The translations under genes were made by a program, and so were the position numbers. This document shows, piece after piece, positions 49,143-52,803 of a stretch of DNA of 52,803 nucleotides. The notes beneath the pieces were generated by a model, which saw nothing but the letters and a program-made list of their open reading frames with translations, was not told where the DNA came from and did no database searches. Source of the DNA: Catajapyx aquilonaris. Taxonomy: Eukaryota. Every line of letters starts with the position of its first letter. Position 1 is the first letter of the stretch. The stretch lies in assembly GCA_000934665.2 (NCBI GenBank), contig KZ537972.1, positions 186,001 through 238,803 on the forward strand, read 5' to 3'.

Positions 49143-50416
49143 TTACTGGAAATTTGCATAAGTGCCAAAGGATTCCAAGAATGCCAAGGCACAGTCATAG
49201 CAATGGTTATATTGGTCCTGTGGAGAGAAAATTGCTTATGAGGAAAAATAACTATACTATATAGTATACTAACTATACTAAGACGTATGTCAAACCATAT
49301 GTCGGATGAAATGGGGATTGCTCCAACGAACTGCCTTAACAGCCAGATAAACATCAGCCTCATGTTCCAACTTCATCTTGTCAAACATGAAAAAGACTCC
49401 AACAAACAGGCCACAAGCAGATGCCCCATCGCTGAAATAGCAAGAAATTCAGTCAAATCCGGAATATTGCCAACGAGAATATATATTGTGGCCATTCAAC
49501 TGACTAGCAAGCTACGGTGATGGGTCCACCACTGGAGGGAACATTCTCCAGGCAATTGTACAGACTGAGGAGGCTGGTCTTCTCCTGAGGCAAGATGAAA
49601 TTCTGCTCCCAGTTGAGGAGGTGAAGCAGGCAGATCTCACGAGGCTTCTCAAACAGCTGCAAAAAGAAGAAAGCAACTCAGTTATATTAAATTTATCAAC
49701 CAATTAGGCTAGTTAATAATGTTCTGACTTTAAGGCTGTTCTTCAAAAGTATCATCCTCCGAGTGATGTTGCCTTCTGTCGTTTCCTTCTTGGCTTCCAG
49801 ACTCAGATGACCATAGCTAATCACCTCATCATTTGTGGGCCAGAAGACAGGCGTATCCTGCGCAAGCAAAGATTAATCCTGGTCAAAAACTAGTCCTTTT
49901 AATTCGAGAGAGAGGGAGAGAGAGGATATGTTGGTGTATAGTGTACAGATTAGTCTGACCTCATTTTTGGGGTCAGGTTGCTGCAAGATGACAACTGTGG
50001 GTGACATCTTCTCATAGACCATGTGCCAGAAGTGGTGTTGGGTGTGGGGCAAAGGCAGCTGGGTGGCGATGAAGTGGTCCTTCTGTTGATAACTGTCGAC
50101 TGAAACTGCGTTGATCAATTGCTTGGATTGGGCCTGGTTTGTGGAGGAGATGGTGATTAGGCCATGTGCAGGGGGGCACAGGAAAGCCTCTCGGGTAAGC
50201 TCCTTTATCTCGGGAGAATCTCTCTGGTTGGCCAGCATCTTTCCTCTTTCTTTCTCCAGCCTCTTGTACATACTGCCTCTCGATTTCCATCTGTGGTGGA
50301 CTCCCCGCAACATCTTTCAAGAGCTGGAATCGAGACTTGAGCTCGCTGCAAGGCACGCTGAAATTCTCTTCAAACAGGATCTCACACAAAATGACATGTG
50401 CAAACTTGTATTGCTC
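49143..50416 (-). pseudogene. Receptor-type tyrosine phosphatase 3' part: end of D1 plus D2 pseudophosphatase domain, one frameshift
   Basis: Spliced reading: EQYKFAHVILCEIL..LINAVSVDSYQQKDHFIATQLPLPHTQHHFWHMVYE..VFWP..PITVACYDGASACGLF..DVYLAVKAVR..DQYNHCYDCALAFLESFGTYANFQ*. The CxDGASACG motif lacks the catalytic Arg. A 4-bp insertion at about 50269-50272 shifts the frame. Confidence 0.85.
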
Positions 50417-50556
50417 CTGTTAAGCACTAGAATTACCGTAATTACTGTGTTTCGATGCAGCATTTTCAAAAAGTGTACCGACAGACCCAGTTTCAGCTGT
50501 TGATTGCTCTCCATCCTACAAATTGATTTTATGACATTATCCAAGTAGATCCAAGG

Positions 50557-50557
<1 letters not shown>

Positions 50558-50634
<77 letters not shown>
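50558..50634. repeat. (CTA)n microsatellite
   Basis: About 25 perfect trinucleotide units. Confidence 0.97.
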
Positions 50635-50635
<1 letters not shown>

Positions 50636-50753
50636 GTATATAGCCAGAATTCACCAGTAAGTCACCTAGAAATAGTATGTAGAATTCATAAACTTCCAGC
50701 ACACCTTCCTGCTATACGATAGAGGCGAGGGTCGACAAAGTAATCTACCTATA

Positions 50754-50903
50754 CAGGGTGTTCCAGATTCGTGGGTCACTTTTTGATAACTGACAGTAGT
50801 TATAGAATGGGGCACATGGTTAGGGGCACAACAAGCTACAAAAATAACTGTTATCAGTCGACATCAGTTTTAAAAAAGTGACCCACGAATCTGGAACACC
50901 CTG
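50754..50903. mobile_element. Tc1/mariner-type MITE
   Basis: 31-bp perfect TIR CAGGGTGTTCCAGATTCGTGGGTCACTTTTT / AAAAAGTGACCCACGAATCTGGAACACCCTG; TA on the left, TG on the right. Confidence 0.88.
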
Positions 50904-51163
50904 TGCAATAAGCATATAATTCTGAGTAGGTTTTTGACATGGAATATTAATTGTGTCTTCACCATGATAATCCGCCATGTCTTCCCCATTACTGGTGAAG
51001 GTGAAGGCCAGATCTGAAGCATTGTTGCGAGCGTGGCAGTACACGGCTGGGGGGGAGAGATGTGACTTGACCACCGTCACATCCAGGTCATCTGCCATTA
51101 ATAAGCACGGAAAATAATGGTAAGTTAAATACGATGTTTGTAATGTCTAAAAAGGAGTCTTAC

Positions 51164-51224
51164 CTTGCTGAGCTCTACTGTAACAAAACGTGAAAACAAT
51201 CACTAATAAGAGAAGCTTTACCAT
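51164..51224 (-). CDS. Signal-peptide exon (MVKLLLLVIVFTFCYSRAQQ), probably first exon of the PTP gene; a further exon lies at about 50925-51105
   Basis: ATG, Lys, hydrophobic core, SRA cleavage-like site, then a g|gtaaga donor. Confidence 0.5.
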
Positions 51225-51875
51225 CGCGTTTAAATTAAAACTGTAACACACGAGGTGCTGACATTGAGCATCAGCAATTAGGCCTACTTTCTGTCTTGAA
51301 TGGAAGTGAAAGAGCTCGAATAATAGTGAAATGTTGTGCACGCAAAGCGTCCTTGCATGAAAATTCAAAGGATGTGGTGACTATCACATTTAGCTATAAG
51401 CGGTCAGATTATCAGAACCAGTCCCTCTGACAAATTGCATCTATGCTACTATTTCCCCTCCCTGTATTGGCCAACATGACGTTTGTAATTATATACAAGA
51501 GTGTATAGGTTGGACTTTTGTAAGTGGGCACTTATGAACTTGTTCTTCAAGTAACAACTTCGTGCAGTCACTGTAGCAGGGGTTTTAGCTTGAGAAATAA
51601 TTTGTAATTTCGAGGAAAAAGACGTAGAAAAATTGTGGACGTTTCATATTTTCACATCTCCAGTATAGGCTATCTGCTGGTGGAAAATTTCTCAAATTTC
51701 TGTAAATTCTTCAGGCTTAGTCTGCCACTTTTAAATAAGAGTAAATGCATCTGTTCATTATAAAAAGCAGAAACCTAGGGAGTATGTCGAGGTCAGTGTC
51801 GCAAAATTCAACATTTCACAATTCAATTTATTAGGGGGTCGCAGTTGGTAAAAGGTTGGAAATCACTCTCTTAGG

Positions 51876-51879
<4 letters not shown>

Positions 51880-51960
<81 letters not shown>

Positions 51961-52018
51961 TATAATAATAATAATTTATTACGTCTCGGGATATTCTCCC
52001 TTTGGACAGAGAGGACTG
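51880..52018 (-). mobile_element. 5'-truncated retroelement with (TTA)n tail and 14-bp target-site duplication
   Basis: CTCTCTTAGGATAT at 51866-51879 and 52019-52032 flanks about 96 bp of (AAT)n plus about 40 bp of unique sequence; on the minus strand AATAAA precedes the tail. Confidence 0.65.
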
Positions 52019-52399
52019 CTCTCTTAGGATATCCCTTCCTTCCTCCCTGTCTTCAGGCCCAGCCGGAAGAAAGGTCGGGTATAGTAATAAATGCGTCGTA
52101 GAACAATGTCAACGATCAACGAAGCCACCTGCTATGAGGCACAGGGTCACCTTGGACACCTTTCAAGGTCATGTAGCTGTACTTGGGAAAATCTGGGTCT
52201 GGCCACCATCTGCTAATTTCATCATCGACAGCAAGAATCAGTGCTGCATTAACCAACAAGCCCAACAAGCCCTGGCTTGGGGCGCGCGAGTTTTAGGGGC
52301 GCAAAATTTTTGGACTCTGCACTAGATATATTGAAAAATTATTTATTAATTTTTTATTAATTTATTTAAAATTATTATGCACTGCTTTGCTAATTCTAT

Positions 52400-52548
52400 C
52401 AGTGGCGTAACGGCAGGGGGGGGGGCTAAAATCACGGAGGGGGCGCCGAGAAAATGCGCCCTGCCGAAAAGGCGCCCTGCCCAAAATAAGGCGCCCCTTC
52501 CGAAAATGTGCACCTGCCGAAAAGGCGCCCCTGCCGAAAAGGTGCCCA
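52400..52548 (+). mobile_element. hAT-like element end with ~17-20-bp subterminal repeats
   Basis: CAGTGGCGTA terminus followed by about six GCGCCC(C)TGCCGAAAA-like units. Confidence 0.55.
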
Positions 52549-52803
52549 TTAAGGATCCCCACGTTGACATTATTCTAAGAATGTATTGTGCAATTTTGCA
52601 ACCAATTGCAAGGGTGAAAGAACTTGCTCAAAACTTAAACTAATCAAATCAGAACTCCGTGCTACAATGAAGCAGGAACGATTGTCTGCACTGTCTTTGC
52701 TTTCAGAGCATTTGTTGATGCTCGTTTAGATATAATGTGCTTGTCTGAGACCAAGATGAAGGGGTGTTCAGTGGGTGATTTCAATGGGCTAACAGGTTTC
52801 TGG

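Noticed and set aside
51856..52101. Poly-Asn ORF
   Set aside because: Artefact of the (AAT)n microsatellite.

Overview
Eukaryotic genomic DNA with short GT-AG introns, most likely from an arthropod (pancrustacean-like, judging by the HR97-type nuclear receptor; this is inference). Firm content: (1) a multi-exon MADD/Rab3-GEF (DENN) gene on the minus strand, about 15.4-29.6 kb, with candidate microexons; (2) a plus-strand TPR gene built from about 22 near-identical 126-bp units, with helix-face hypervariable residues and several frameshifts (34.3-37.2 kb); (3) a co-oriented ncRNA cluster of 5S rRNA, U1 snRNA and U5 snRNA (41.5-43.6 kb), where the 5S gene is one arm of a head-to-head palindrome and U1/U5 share a PSE and 3' box; (4) an HR97/HR96-like nuclear receptor (minus, 44.9-46.9 kb); (5) a damaged receptor-PTP gene with only a D2 pseudophosphatase domain recognisable (minus, 49.1-51.2 kb); (6) many MITEs, a pogo relic inside a LINE remnant, a tRNA-derived SINE and microsatellites. 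More speculative: an orphan Sm-site RNA candidate at 33.27-33.44 kb with spliced-leader-like architecture, and a heavily decayed GRL101/LGR-type GPCR pseudogene across about 2-14 kb. All calls come from reading the sequence and remembered family consensus; no searches were run.
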